From an uncultured Acetobacteraceae bacterium (GTDB taxonomy: Bacteria > Pseudomonadota > Alphaproteobacteria > Acetobacterales > Acetobacteraceae): a stretch of 64,000 nt of DNA. Below are positions 28,135 to 37,019 of the stretch, in pieces; the stretch's first letter is position 1, and every line of letters starts with the position of its first letter. The stretch spans positions 105,069-169,068 of the forward strand of contig CAXTAY010000003.1 in NCBI GenBank assembly GCA_964242335.1. Reading direction: 5' to 3'. The position numbers and the translations under genes are program-made. Under the pieces are notes generated by a model. That model did no database searches and was not told the DNA's origin. It was given only the letters and a program-made list of their open reading frames with translations.

Positions 28135-29430
28135 GTGCAGACCCGCTTCACCCCGACCCAGCTCGCCGACCCCGACACCGCGGAGTCCGCCAAGATCCTG
28201 CGTGCCTGCGTGCATTGCGGCTTCTGCACCGCGACCTGCCCGACCTACGCGCTGCTCGGCGACGAGCTCGACAGCCCGCGCGGCCGCATCTACCTGATCA
28301 AGGACATGCTGGAGAACGACCGCCCGGCCACCGAGAAGGTGGTCAAGCACGTCGATCGCTGCCTGTCCTGCCTGAGCTGCATGACCACCTGCCCGTCCGG
28401 GGTGAACTACATGCACCTGGTCGACCATGCCCGGCAGCACATCGAGAAGACCTACGTGCGCCCGTGGCCCGACCGCGCCATGCGCCGCCTGCTGGGCCTG
28501 GTGCTGCCGCGGCCGCTGCTGTTCCGCGCGGCACTGGAGGCGTCGCGGCTCGGCCGGCCGTTCGTCCGCCTCGCACCTCGCCTGATCCCCCGGCCGCTGC
28601 GCGGCCTGCTGGCGCTGGCGCCGGCTCGGGTGCCGCGAAGCTCCCCGGTCGATCGGCCGCAGGTGTTCCCGGCACTCGGCAAGCGGGTCAGACGGGTGGC
28701 GATCCTCAACGGCTGCGCCCAGCGCGTGCTGGCGCCGCAGATCAACGAGGCGACGATCCGGCTGCTGACCCGGCACGGCTGCGAGGTGGTGGTGGCGCGC
28801 GGCGCCGGCTGCTGCGGCGCGCTGACGCATCATCTGGGGCAGGAAGGCAATAACGCCGCCAGCGCCAACATCCTGGCCTGGGACCGGGAGATCCGTGCCG
28901 GCGGCCTCGATGCGATCGTGATCAACGCCTCGGGCTGCGGCACCACGGTCAAGGATTACGGCTTCATGTTCCGCGAGGACCCGGTGCTCGCCGGGCCGGC
29001 GTGCGCCGTCTCGGCCATGGCGCGCGACATCACCGAGCTGATGAGCGAGCTCGGGCTGCGCACGCCGGTGGTCGCGACCGGGCAGCGCGTCGCCTACCAC
29101 AGCGCCTGCTCGCTGCAGCACGGCCAGCAGGTCCGTGCGGAGCCGAAACGGCTGCTCGCCGCGGCCGGCTTCGAGGTGGTCGACGTGCCCGAGGGCCATC
29201 TCTGCTGCGGCTCCGCCGGCACCTACAACCTGCTGCAGCCGGAGATCGCGGGGCAGCTGCGCGACCGCAAGGTGGCAAACATCGAGCGCACCGCCCCCGA
29301 CCTGGTCGCCGCCGGCAACATCGGCTGCATCACCCAGATCGCGTCGGGCAGCAGGCTGCCGGTGATCCACACGGTGGAGCTGCTGGACTGGGCTACCGGC
29401 GGCCCCAGGCCGGAGCGTGTTCCGCACTGA
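28135..29430 (+). CDS. glcF: Glycolate oxidase iron-sulfur subunit GlcF
   Basis: ORF 28135..29430 with a GTG start. It has two 4Fe-4S motifs (CVHCGFCTATCP; CLSCLSCMTTCP) and CCG domains (HLCCGSAG). Confidence 0.9.
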   Translation: MQTRFTPTQLADPDTAESAKILRACVHCGFCTATCPTYALLGDELDSPRGRIYLIKDMLENDRPATEKVVKHVDRCLSCLSCMTTCPSGVNYMHLVDHARQHIEKTYVRPWPDRAMRRLLGLVLPRPLLFRAALEASRLGRPFVRLAPRLIPRPLRGLLALAPARVPRSSPVDRPQVFPALGKRVRRVAILNGCAQRVLAPQINEATIRLLTRHGCEVVVARGAGCCGALTHHLGQEGNNAASANILAWDREIRAGGLDAIVINASGCGTTVKDYGFMFREDPVLAGPACAVSAMARDITELMSELGLRTPVVATGQRVAYHSACSLQHGQQVRAEPKRLLAAAGFEVVDVPEGHLCCGSAGTYNLLQPEIAGQLRDRKVANIERTAPDLVAAGNIGCITQIASGSRLPVIHTVELLDWATGGPRPERVPH

Positions 29431-29498
29431 GAACCATCGCGACATCAACGAGAAACCAACGAGAAACCAACAAGAGACGACGAGCAGGGGAGGAACCG

Positions 29499-31148
29499 AT
29501 GTTCAGGCAACTCTTGACCCCGGTGGGCGACAGCCTCGCGCTGTCGTTCCTGGTCGCCGCGTTGCCGATCGCGCTGGTGCTGGTGATGCTCGGCGTGCTG
29601 CGGCGGCCGGCGTGGCAGGCGTCCCTCGGCGGCCTGCTGCTCGCCTTCGCCATCGCCGTGCTGATCTGGCGCATGCCGCTCCGGCTGGCGCTGGACGCGG
29701 TCGCCGCCGGCGTCACCTTCGCGCTGTGGCCGGTGATGTGGATCGTCTTCAACGCGCTGCTGCTCTACAACATCGCTGTCCTCTCCGGCCGCTTCGATGC
29801 CTTCCGCGACTGGGTGCTGGAGCATCTGCCGAACGACCGACGGGTGGTGCTGGTGGTCATCGGCTTCTGCTTCGGCTGCCTGCTGGAGGGCATCTCCGGC
29901 TTCGGCACCCCGGTCGCCATCACCAGCGCGCTGCTGATCCTGGTCGGATTCCCGCCGATCGAGGCGCTGACCTTCACCCTCATCTTCAACACGGCACCGG
30001 TCGCGTTCGGGGCACTCGGCGCGCCGGTCACCGTGCTCGGCCAGGTCACCGGCCTGCCGGCGGTGACGCTCGGGGCGATGATCGGGCGGCAGCTGCCGTT
30101 CCTGGCGATGCTGCTGCCGTTCTACGTGATGGCGATCTATGGCGGCCTGCGCTCGGTGCGGGCACTCTGGCCGGTGCTGCTGGTCGCCGGCGGCAGCTTC
30201 GCCGTGGCGCAGTTCGTCGCCTCGAACTTCCTCGACTACGCGCTGACCGACGTCCTCTCCTCGCTGGCGGCACTGCTGCTGACGCTGCTGTTCCTGCGCG
30301 TCTGGTCGCCGCGCCCGGATCCCGAGTTCGCCATCCCCGTCTCCGTGGTGCGTCCGGTCGGACGGCTGCTCGGCGCGCGCGCCGTGGGCGCCGACGTGGT
30401 GCACGAGCCGATCCCGGCTTCGGTGCCGGGCTGGCAGGGCTGGATCCCCTGGGTGGTGGTCTCGGCGGTGGTGATCGCCTGGACCCACCTGAAGGTCTTC
30501 GCCTACGGCCAGCGCCTGATCCCGTGGCCGGGCCTGCACAACCAGGTGTTCATCAGCCTCTACGGCAAGCCGTACGCCGCGACCTGGGCGTTCCAACCGC
30601 TCGCGTCCGGCACCGCGATCCTGCTCTCGGCGATCATCACCGCGGCCCTGGTGGGCGTCGGGCCCGGGCGGTTCGCCCACGCGATCGCGCTCACCTGGCG
30701 GCAGAGCCGAATCGCGATCCTGACCGTGGCACTCATCATCGGGCTGGCCTACCTGATGAACTATTCCGGCCTGAACTACACGCTCGGGCTCGGCGTCGCC
30801 TCGGTCGGCATCGTCTTCCCGCTGGTCTCGGCCTTCCTGGGCTGGGTCGCGGTGTTCCTGTCCGGCAGCGACACCTCCGGCAACGCGCTGTTCGGCAACC
30901 TCCAGGTGGTGGCTGCACACCAGCTCGGCCTCAATCCGGTGCTGATCGCTGCCACCAATTCGTCGGGCGGCGTGATGGGCAAGATGATCTCGCCGCAGAA
31001 CATCGCCACCGGCGTCTCGGTGACCAGGCTCAAGGGCCAGGAGGGCGTCGTGTTCGCCCGCACCTTCAAGCACAGCATCGCGCTGACCATCCTCCTCGGG
31101 CTGCTGGTGCTGCTGGAGCAGTACGTCGTGCCTTGGATCATTCCCTAG
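29499..31148 (+). CDS. L-lactate/glycolate permease (LctP family)
   Basis: ATG at 29499, preceded by GGGGAGGAA, within ORF 29001..31148. The 549-aa protein is multi-TM and carries the LctP block CLLEGISGFGTPVAITSALL. Confidence 0.9.
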   Translation: MFRQLLTPVGDSLALSFLVAALPIALVLVMLGVLRRPAWQASLGGLLLAFAIAVLIWRMPLRLALDAVAAGVTFALWPVMWIVFNALLLYNIAVLSGRFDAFRDWVLEHLPNDRRVVLVVIGFCFGCLLEGISGFGTPVAITSALLILVGFPPIEALTFTLIFNTAPVAFGALGAPVTVLGQVTGLPAVTLGAMIGRQLPFLAMLLPFYVMAIYGGLRSVRALWPVLLVAGGSFAVAQFVASNFLDYALTDVLSSLAALLLTLLFLRVWSPRPDPEFAIPVSVVRPVGRLLGARAVGADVVHEPIPASVPGWQGWIPWVVVSAVVIAWTHLKVFAYGQRLIPWPGLHNQVFISLYGKPYAATWAFQPLASGTAILLSAIITAALVGVGPGRFAHAIALTWRQSRIAILTVALIIGLAYLMNYSGLNYTLGLGVASVGIVFPLVSAFLGWVAVFLSGSDTSGNALFGNLQVVAAHQLGLNPVLIAATNSSGGVMGKMISPQNIATGVSVTRLKGQEGVVFARTFKHSIALTILLGLLVLLEQYVVPWIIP

Positions 31149-31161
31149 CGGCGGAGGAGCA

Positions 31162-31210
31162 GGCAAGGGCTCTGCCCTCGACCCACTGGGGCCGGCGGCC
31201 CCAGACGTCG
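31162..31210 (+). repeat. GC-rich REP-like intergenic repeat, copy C
   Basis: The sequence ggcaagggctctgccctcgacccactggggccggcggccccagacgtcg begins 14 nt after the permease stop. It has hairpin 1 with one mismatch and hairpin 2, GGGGCC-GGC-GGCCCC. Confidence 0.7.
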
Positions 31211-31442
31211 ATTTGTAAAGGACGTGTTTCGATGGCTCGGCGATCCACCCTGTGAAGCAGGCGCGGAACCGGGCGCCGGGCTCGCGAACCTGAACCGTCC
31301 GGGCGCACGTTAAAACGCTGCCAATCGACGCTTTCACGTTGCGTTATAGCAATAGAATTGTCATAGCCGTTGCGGTTCCGGTCTAGGCACGCCCCGGACG
31401 ACGTCCAGCTTCCAGGGTGCCGAACCAAGAGCGCGCCGAGCC

Positions 31443-34400
31443 ATGAACCAGATGTCGCAGACCGCAGATCGGTATCCGACGATCGTCGGCGACGTCCCGC
31501 TCTCCCTGGTCTCGCCCGATCCTGCGCCGCCGACCGCGGCTCCGGACGGTTGCCGCGCGGACAGCTTCGCCCTGACCGATGCGTGCACGCAAGCGCTGCG
31601 CTTGCTCTGCCTGCGTGAGCAGGCCGGCTTCGACATGCTGCTGCTGGCCGGCTTCACGGCGCTGCTGCACCGCCGCCTCGCGCAGGACGAGGTTGCCCTC
31701 GCCGGCCTGACCGCGCGGCGTCCGCGACGATCCGGCGACGCGCCGGTCTGGCTCCGCGTCGCCCTGCGCACCGCGCCGTCCGCCGACCTGTCGTTCCGCG
31801 ACCACCTCGCGCAGCTGCGCTGCGCGGTGCGCGACGCGCTCGACCTCCCGGTGCTGTCTCCCGTGCCGGAGGCGGCCGAGCCGGGCGGCCGGCGTCGCCC
31901 GCCCCGCATCTCGTTCCTGATCGCGGGCGGGGAGGCACCATCCGACGGCCCGTTCGTCGCAGCCGGGATCGACCTCCACCTGGAGCCGGAGCAAACGCCG
32001 GAACGCCTCGGCGGCCGGCTGTTCTACCGTCCGGAAATGTTCGAGGCCGACGCGATCCAGGACATGATCGACCAGCTGGTCACGCTGCTGCAGGGCGCTG
32101 CCGACGATCCCGACTGTCCGCTCGGCGCCCTGCCGCTGCTGAGCGAGGCGGCGTCACGCCGGATGCGAACGGAGTGGGACACCGCGCGCCCGCTGCCGGA
32201 GACGACCCTGCACGCAGCCTTCGCGCTTCAGCTGGCACGCACACCCGATGCGCCGGCGGTCGAGTGCGAGGGGCAGGCCTGGAGCTATCGCGAGCTCGAC
32301 CGCAGGTCGCGCCAGCTATCTTCCTGCCTGGTCGCGTCGGGTGCCGGCCCCGGAACGGTGGTGGCGCTGTGCGTCGATCGGTCGCACGACATGGTGGCTG
32401 GGCTGCTCGCGATCCTCAGGACCGGCGCCGCCTATCTACCGCTGGATCCGGCGATGCCGCCGACGCGGCTGGCGCTGATCGCCGAGGATGCTCGCCCCAC
32501 GGTGCTGCTGACGACGAGTGCGCTGCAGGCGAGGCTGCCGGACATCGATGCCCGGATCGTCCTCGCCGAGGAGGCCGATCCTGTCCGGGAAGTCGCGCTC
32601 GCGGCCGATGCCGCGACGGATCCCGCGAGCCTCGCCTACGTCCTCTACACGTCGGGCTCCACCGGGCGGCCGAAGGGCGTCGAGGTGCCGCATCGCGCGG
32701 TCATCAACCTGCTGGCCGCGATGCGGCGCGAACCCGGCTTCGATGTCGCCGACTCGCTGCTCGCGGTGACCACCGTCTCGTTCGACATCGCCGTGCTCGA
32801 GCTGTTCCTGCCGCTGCTGAGCGGCGGCCGCCTGGTGCTGGCCACCCGTGACATCGCCCTCGACCCGAGGCGGCTGGCGGCCCTGCTGCGCCAATCGCGC
32901 TGCACCGTGATGCAGGCAACGCCAGCCACCTGGCGCGGGCTGCTCGAGATCGGGTGGGGCGGCGACCCCGATCTGCGCATCCTCTGCGGCGGCGAGGCGA
33001 TGCCGCGCGATCTCGCCGACAGGCTGCTGCCGCGCTGTGCTGCGCTGTGGAACCTGTACGGACCCACCGAGACCACCATCTGGTCGACGATCCACAGGGT
33101 CTCCCCGGGACCGGATCCGGTTCCCGTCGGCCGGGCGATCGACAACACCCGGACCTACCTGGTGGACCAGCGCGGCGCCCTGGTGCCGGACGGGGTCGTC
33201 GGCGAGCTGCTGATCGGCGGCATCGGCGTGGCGTGCGGCTACCGCGGCAACCCGGCGCTGACCGCGGAACGGTTCTTCGAAAGCCCGTTCGAAGCGAGAG
33301 AGCGCGTCTACCGTACCGGCGACCTGGTCCGGCGCCGCCGCGACGGGGCGATCGAGTGGCTCGCCCGCGCCGACAGCCAGATCAAGATACGCGGCTTCCG
33401 GATCGAGGCACAGGAGATCGAGGGCGTGCTGGAGCGCCATCCGGACGTCCTGTCCGCTGCGGTAAAGGCGTGGCCGGACGCGTCAGGGCAGCTGGCGCTG
33501 GCCGCCTACCTTGTGACACGGACCGGCGCGTTGCCGGAGCTGAAGCCGCTGCGTGCGTTCCTGCGGTGCGAGCTGCCGGACTACATGGTCCCGGCGCGCT
33601 ACCTCCCGCTCGCGGCCCTGCCGCTGACGCCGAGCCGCAAGCTGGATCGCAACGCCCTGCCGAAGCCGGACCAGCCCGCTGCGGGATCGGGCGACTCCGT
33701 TCCCGTCGGCGCGCGCGAGTGCCAGCTGGCCGCGCTGTGGGAGGAGCTTCTCGATCTCCGGGACGTGCGCCGGCACGACAGCTTCTTCGATCTCGGCGGC
33801 GACTCGCTGCAGGCGGTGACCTTGCTCGTGCGGATCGAGGCCCAGTTCGACCGGCGGCTCACCCTGGCCGCGCTGTTCCAGACGCCCACGATCGCCAGCA
33901 TGGCGGCGCTGCTGGACCAGGCCGAGGGCGAGACGGCGCTGCCGCTGGTGGCCGCGATTCAGCCGGAAGGCTCTCGGCCGCCGCTGTTCTGGATCGATGG
34001 CGGTCCGATGTTCCTGCCGCTGTCACGGGCCCTGGGCTCGGATCAGCCCTTCTTTGGCGTGACGCTGAACCCGGCCGAGCTGCAGCAGGTCGGGCCGCAG
34101 CCGGATCTCCAGACCATCGCGCGTCATCTGGTGCGGACCCTGCGCACGCTCCAGCCCGACGGCCCCTATCTCCTCGGCGGCTACTGCGCCGGCGGCGTGC
34201 TGGCCTACGAGGTGGCATCGCAGCTGGCCGATGCCGGCCAGGAGGTGCCCCTGCTGTGCCTGATCGACGCCCAGAACCCGGTCGATTTCCGGCGCATCGG
34301 CAGCCCCATGGTCGAGTTCGCCAGGCTTCGTCACCACCTCGACGCCGCCTTGCGCGCCGGCACCGGGACACGCTGGCGCTACCTCTCCAAGCATGCCGGC

Positions 34401-34736
34401 TCCGCCTACCGGCGCATCCTGTCGCGCGCGCCCTGGCGCTCGGTGATGACCAGCGAGCCCTTCACCCTGGGCGAGATCATGCAGCCTGCCGCCGACGCTC
34501 ATCGGCCGCGGCCGTATGCCGGAACGGTGGCGCTGTTCCAGGCACGGCGTCCGAAGCAGCTGGACCTTCGGCCGGGCTGGGCGAAGGTCGTCACCGGTCC
34601 GCTGCTCTGCCACGAGTTCCCGGGGGCGCACGGCACCATGCTGGAGCATCCGCAGGTGCTCGAGCTCGGCCGGCTGATGGGCGGCTGCCTCGATCGGGTG
34701 AGGCCAGGGCCCTGCCCTGGACCCGCTGGGGCCTGA
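31443..34736 (+). CDS. Single-module non-ribosomal peptide synthetase: truncated C domain - A (glycine code) - T - TE
   Basis: ORF 31443..34736, 1097 aa. A-domain cores are present (LAYVLYTSGSTGRPKGV; NLYGPTETT; YRTGDLVRRRRDGAIEWLARADSQIKIRGFRIE), as is the PCP motif FFDLGGDSLQ. The TE has GGYCAGG and a C-terminal GAHGTML. The first ~240 aa align only with the C-terminal lobe of a condensation domain, and no HHxxxDG motif is present. Confidence 0.9.
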   Translation: MNQMSQTADRYPTIVGDVPLSLVSPDPAPPTAAPDGCRADSFALTDACTQALRLLCLREQAGFDMLLLAGFTALLHRRLAQDEVALAGLTARRPRRSGDAPVWLRVALRTAPSADLSFRDHLAQLRCAVRDALDLPVLSPVPEAAEPGGRRRPPRISFLIAGGEAPSDGPFVAAGIDLHLEPEQTPERLGGRLFYRPEMFEADAIQDMIDQLVTLLQGAADDPDCPLGALPLLSEAASRRMRTEWDTARPLPETTLHAAFALQLARTPDAPAVECEGQAWSYRELDRRSRQLSSCLVASGAGPGTVVALCVDRSHDMVAGLLAILRTGAAYLPLDPAMPPTRLALIAEDARPTVLLTTSALQARLPDIDARIVLAEEADPVREVALAADAATDPASLAYVLYTSGSTGRPKGVEVPHRAVINLLAAMRREPGFDVADSLLAVTTVSFDIAVLELFLPLLSGGRLVLATRDIALDPRRLAALLRQSRCTVMQATPATWRGLLEIGWGGDPDLRILCGGEAMPRDLADRLLPRCAALWNLYGPTETTIWSTIHRVSPGPDPVPVGRAIDNTRTYLVDQRGALVPDGVVGELLIGGIGVACGYRGNPALTAERFFESPFEARERVYRTGDLVRRRRDGAIEWLARADSQIKIRGFRIEAQEIEGVLERHPDVLSAAVKAWPDASGQLALAAYLVTRTGALPELKPLRAFLRCELPDYMVPARYLPLAALPLTPSRKLDRNALPKPDQPAAGSGDSVPVGARECQLAALWEELLDLRDVRRHDSFFDLGGDSLQAVTLLVRIEAQFDRRLTLAALFQTPTIASMAALLDQAEGETALPLVAAIQPEGSRPPLFWIDGGPMFLPLSRALGSDQPFFGVTLNPAELQQVGPQPDLQTIARHLVRTLRTLQPDGPYLLGGYCAGGVLAYEVASQLADAGQEVPLLCLIDAQNPVDFRRIGSPMVEFARLRHHLDAALRAGTGTRWRYLSKHAGSAYRRILSRAPWRSVMTSEPFTLGEIMQPAADAHRPRPYAGTVALFQARRPKQLDLRPGWAKVVTGPLLCHEFPGAHGTMLEHPQVLELGRLMGGCLDRVRPGPCPGPAGA

Positions 34737-34757
34737 GGTCCCGGGCCCCGAGACGGC
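34702..34757 (+). repeat. GC-rich REP-like intergenic repeat, copy B (overlaps the last 11 codons and stop of the NRPS)
   Basis: The sequence ggccagggccctgccctggacccgctggggcctgaggtcccgggccccgagacggc contains the hairpins CCAGGGC-CCT-GCCCTGG and GGGGCC-N10-GGCCCC. It is in the same orientation as copies A and C. Confidence 0.7.
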
Positions 34758-34760
34758 GGG

Positions 34761-36278
34761 TCAAGGCCCGGAGGCTTTGCTCGCGGTCGCACCGACTCCC
34801 AGCCGTTCCTGGACGCCCCAGGATCGCGTGCCGCGCAGGAACGCCAGCCATCCGAGTGCGGCACCGGAATGCCGCAGCAGCTGGAAGCTGAACGGCTCCA
34901 GCAGCGCCGCCAGGATCGCCGGGAGCAGTCCGGTGCCGGGCGTGGCATCGATCCAGCGCCGGTAGACCCGCAGCGACCAGAGGTGGAAGGCGAGGTCGAT
35001 GACGATCTTGACCCCGATCGCCTCGGCGATCAGGCGCACGATGCCGATCTGGCCGGTGGCCAGGTAGCCGAACAGCAGCACCACCCCGGTCAGCCCGTAC
35101 AGCGGCTGCAGCGTGTCGATCGCCTTGACCGGGAGCATGGCGGTGCCGAGCCGGCCGTAGCGCGGGTTGCCGACCATGTGGCGATACCAGAGCTGCGTCT
35201 GGAGGAAGCCGCCGAACCAGCGACGGCGCTGCCGCAGGAAGGCGCCGGCCGTGCTCGGCGCGTCGGTTCGCGCGCGCGCGCTGCCGACGACGCCGGTGTG
35301 CCACACCTCGCCGCGCCGGCCGGCCTGATCGCGCAGGCGGTGGGTCAGCTCGTAATCCTCGACCAGGCAGTCCGGGTCGAAGCCGCCCACGGCGAGCAGC
35401 GCTCGTCGTCGGTAGCAGGCGAACGCGCCTGAGATCAGCAGCAGGCCGCCCACCCGCATCCAGGCGTAGCGCGAGAGGAAATTGCGCACGTACTCGTAGG
35501 TCTGGAACCACTGCAGCAACTGCGCCTGCGACGAGGGACCGCATACCGGCGTCAGCACCCCCGTCGCCGCCACCAGCGCCGGGTCGGCGGCGAAGGCGTC
35601 GCGCATCGCCCGCAGCGCCCCCGGCTCGAGCAGCGTGTCGGCATCGACCGTGAGCACCAGCTCGGTGTCGATCAGGGCGCAGGCGACGTTCAGCGCGCGT
35701 GCCTTGCCGCCGTGCGGCAGGCGCAACCAGCGCAAGGTCGGACAGGCCCTACTCGGCTCGCTCAACGCGCCCGGCGAAGGGACCAGACCGTACCGGTCCT
35801 GCAGCAGGCTCGCCGTCGCATCGTTCGAGCCGTCGTCTGCGATCACGATCGTCTGCGCGGGATGGGTTTGGGCGAGCAGGGCCGCGAGCGTGACCGGCAG
35901 GCTCGCCGCCTCGTTATGCGCGGCCACCAGGACGGCGACCGGCGGCAGCCGGCCCTCCGGGGCGCAGGCCTTGCCCGGGCGCAGCAGCGTCAGCGTCTGC
36001 CAGAACACGAAGGCGAGCAGCAGCGTGTCGTAGACGATGTAGGCGAGGCCGGCGGACCAGGCGAACAACCCGCCGCCGTGGAACGCGCGCGCGACCAGCA
36101 GCACCCAGAGCAGCAGCGCGCCGCCGTGGATCAGGGTGCTGCGCAGCGGCGTCGGCGGCGCATCGAACCGCGGCGAGGTGACCCGCCTGATCTGCGCCAG
36201 CTCCTGCTCGATCGCCGCGGCTTCCATGGGTTCCTCGTGGCGCTTTGCACCGCTGAGCCGGTCGGGCATCGTCCGCAT
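34761..36278 (-). CDS. Membrane-embedded processive glycosyltransferase family 2 (NodC/PgaC/cellulose-synthase-like)
   Basis: ORF 34761..36278, 505 aa. Motifs include VAVLVAAHNEA, IADDGSND, TVDADT, VEDYELT and LRQRRRWFGG (the Q(R/Q)xRW class). TM segments lie at both ends. Confidence 0.8.
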   Translation of the reverse strand: MRTMPDRLSGAKRHEEPMEAAAIEQELAQIRRVTSPRFDAPPTPLRSTLIHGGALLLWVLLVARAFHGGGLFAWSAGLAYIVYDTLLLAFVFWQTLTLLRPGKACAPEGRLPPVAVLVAAHNEAASLPVTLAALLAQTHPAQTIVIADDGSNDATASLLQDRYGLVPSPGALSEPSRACPTLRWLRLPHGGKARALNVACALIDTELVLTVDADTLLEPGALRAMRDAFAADPALVAATGVLTPVCGPSSQAQLLQWFQTYEYVRNFLSRYAWMRVGGLLLISGAFACYRRRALLAVGGFDPDCLVEDYELTHRLRDQAGRRGEVWHTGVVGSARARTDAPSTAGAFLRQRRRWFGGFLQTQLWYRHMVGNPRYGRLGTAMLPVKAIDTLQPLYGLTGVVLLFGYLATGQIGIVRLIAEAIGVKIVIDLAFHLWSLRVYRRWIDATPGTGLLPAILAALLEPFSFQLLRHSGAALGWLAFLRGTRSWGVQERLGVGATASKASGP

Positions 36279-36316
36279 CGCGGCGGTGCGTGGCCGCCAG
36301 GGGAGTGGCGGGTGCC

Positions 36317-36946
36317 ATGGACGTTGTCAATCAAGACACCCGGCGATACACCCGGACCGCGATGCTGCTGCACTGGCTCGTCGCCGTCCTGATCATCGGC
36401 AACGTCGTGCTGGTCTGGGTGATCGGCTGGTTTCCCGATGCGCTGGTGCGGCCGGCCATCGACACCCACAAATCGATCGGCATCACCGTGCTCGGACTGG
36501 TGCTGCTGCGTGTGCTATGGCGGCTGTCGCATCGCCCGCCTCCGCTGCCGCGCTCCTACCCGAGGGTCGAGCGGGTCGGCGCCCAGGCGGCCCACCTGCT
36601 GCTCTACGCCCTCATTCTCGGCCTGCCGATCTCGGGCTGGATCCACGACTCCGCCTTCAAGGATGCGGCGGCCCACCCGCTGCGCCTGTTCGGCCTGGTG
36701 CCGTGGCCGCGCATCGCCCCGATCATGGCGCTCGACCCGATCACCAAGGCACACGTGCATACGGTCTGGTACACGGTGCACAGCTATCTCGGCTACGCGC
36801 TGTACGGGCTGCTGGCGCTGCATGTGCTGGGCGCGCTGAAGCACCAGTTCGTGGACAGGAAGCCGGAGTTCGCCCGTATGCTGCCGCTGCGCCGCGCCCC
36901 GCCGGCGGACCGCATCGCATCCGGCATCGCTCGCGGCGGACCCTGA
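36317..36946 (+). CDS. Cytochrome b561 family protein
   Basis: ATG at 36317 (MDVVNQDTRRYTRTAMLLHWLVAVLII...HKSIGITVLGLVLLRVLWRL). It has 4 TM segments with conserved His residues, like CybB. Confidence 0.85.
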   Translation: MDVVNQDTRRYTRTAMLLHWLVAVLIIGNVVLVWVIGWFPDALVRPAIDTHKSIGITVLGLVLLRVLWRLSHRPPPLPRSYPRVERVGAQAAHLLLYALILGLPISGWIHDSAFKDAAAHPLRLFGLVPWPRIAPIMALDPITKAHVHTVWYTVHSYLGYALYGLLALHVLGALKHQFVDRKPEFARMLPLRRAPPADRIASGIARGGP

Positions 36947-37019
36947 GACGATCCGCGGCCAGACACCCGATCACGAACGCGTCGAGCCGATGACCTGGGC
37001 CATCCGGTGAGCAGGTCGT

